From IMG/VR virus record IMGVR_UViG_2648501669_000014: a stretch of 6,981 nucleotides of DNA; one strand, 5' to 3'. The stretch comes from a virus. Its lineage: Duplodnaviria; Heunggongvirae; Uroviricota; Caudoviricetes. Shown here one piece after another: positions 6,290 through 6,981 of this stretch. The notes under the pieces were generated by a model. The model was not told the origin of the DNA. It saw only the letters and a program-made list of their open reading frames with translations, and searched no databases. Within the stretch, counting starts at the first letter, position 1. Each line of letters starts with the position of its first letter. A program made the translations under genes and the position numbers.

Positions 6290-6739
6290 ATGGAGATTTT
6301 ATTTGCTGAATATATCAACTACACCGGATTTACAAGAAAAACGCCTCTTGACTATGAACCTATTGCCATTAAACGTTGTGATGAGTTGGGGTACATCTAT
6401 AACGGTTTTGTTGTGCCGTGGAAAGGGCAACATACACCCGTTTCTATAACCTGCAAGAAACATAGCACAACGCGAACAATTGCTTTCAAAACTCTTAAAA
6501 AACAAGGTGCGTGTCTTGAATGCTATAAAGAATCATTAAAACTTCCTAAGAAAAAGAATAGAGATAAGGAAGCTGTATTAGATAAAGCAAGCAATGTGCT
6601 GGAACGCAAAGATATGGTTTTAGTTGGATTGTTAGAAGATTATAAAGGATTAGACACAAAAGTTTCTTATAAGTGCAATTGCTGTGATACTGCATACGAA
6701 ACCATAATCACTAGAATCATAAACGATGATGCTGGGTAG
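6290..6739 (+). CDS. Cys-rich protein with two tandem zinc-ribbon-like modules (at least 149 aa); 3' end interrupted by IS2, likely C-terminally truncated
   Basis: ATG 6290 lies 5 nt after GGAGG. Contains C-x2-H-x16-C-x2-C (CKKH...CLEC) and a second related module (VSITC... / VSYKCNCC...). The terminal TAG (6737..6739) is the first 3 nt of the IS2 left end, so the native C-terminus is missing. Confidence 0.7.
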   Translation: MEILFAEYINYTGFTRKTPLDYEPIAIKRCDELGYIYNGFVVPWKGQHTPVSITCKKHSTTRTIAFKTLKKQGACLECYKESLKLPKKKNRDKEAVLDKASNVLERKDMVLVGLLEDYKGLDTKVSYKCNCCDTAYETIITRIINDDAG

Positions 6740-6981
6740 ACTGGCCCCCTGAATCTCCAGACAACCAGTATCACTTAAATAAGTGATAGTCTTAATACTA
6801 GTTTTTAGACTAGTCATTGGAGAACAGATGATTGATGTCTTAGGGCCGGAGAAACGCAGACGGCGTACCACACAGGAAAAGATCGCAATTGTTCAGCAGA
6901 GCTTTGAACCGGGGATGACGGTCTCCCTCGTTGCCCGGCAACATGGTGTAGCAGCCAGCCAGTTAAGTCGCTGGCCTACAC
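6737..6981 (+). mobile_element. IS2 (IS3 family) insertion sequence, left end; continues beyond the window
   Basis: Sequence from 6737 (TAGACTGGCCCCCTGAATCTCCAGACAACCAGTATCACTTAAATAAGTGATAGTC...) matches my recollection of the IS2 left terminus and leader. It is followed by the insC start. The left terminal inverted repeat is about the first 41 bp (6737..6777). Confidence 0.9.
6828..6981 (+). CDS. insC: IS2 transposase OrfA (InsC), 5' portion; 3' end outside the window
   Basis: Translation [46 protein letters not shown]... matches remembered IS2 InsC. ATG 6828 is preceded by GGAGAA. Confidence 0.9.
   Translation, partial: MIDVLGPEKRRRRTTQEKIAIVQQSFEPGMTVSLVARQHGVAASQLSRWPT

Noticed and set aside
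5461-6871. Minus-strand ORFs 5461..5706, 5974..6318, 6299..6505 and 6650..6871
   Set aside because: They are antisense to + strand genes that have SDs and fit the operon/terminator layout; 6650..6871 even spans the IS2 junction, which cannot be a native gene.
6967-6981. Last ~15 nt of the window (AGTCGCTGGCCTACAC, encoding ...LSRWPT) seem to differ from the IS2 insC sequence I remember (...LFLWRKQ...)
   Set aside because: My recall of IS2 at nucleotide level is not reliable enough and the segment is too short at the window edge; it could be a variant IS2 copy. Needs alignment to an IS2 reference.
1-6981. CRISPR arrays, tRNA or rRNA genes
   Set aside because: No spacer-repeat periodicity and no tRNA-like cloverleaf candidates were seen; the only repeats are in-frame coding repeats inside the J-like gene and the IS2 terminus.

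Overview
AT-rich (by eye) window containing the distal end of a lambda-like siphovirus tail-tip module, an accessory gene cassette downstream of it, and the left end of an IS2 insertion, so most likely part of a prophage in an enterobacterial genome. All convincing genes are on the + strand. In order: a small unassigned ORF (8..352); an NlpC/P60-type tail assembly protein K homologue (399..818); a 1258-aa lambda-J-family central tail fibre protein (818..4594) whose N-terminus looks like the C-terminal module of lambda gpI; a strong intrinsic terminator; four tightly packed genes of unknown function (4699..6237) ending in a second terminator; a Cys-rich ORF (6290..6739) whose stop codon is supplied by the IS2 terminus; and IS2 itself from about 6737 with the start of insC at 6828. 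The best candidate for an undescribed system is the terminator-bounded cassette between the tail fibre gene and the IS2-disrupted gene, a position where siphophages classically carry superinfection-exclusion and moron genes. I recognise none of its products, so that function is inference from position and composition only. All homology statements rest on my memory of lambda and IS2 sequences, not on a search.
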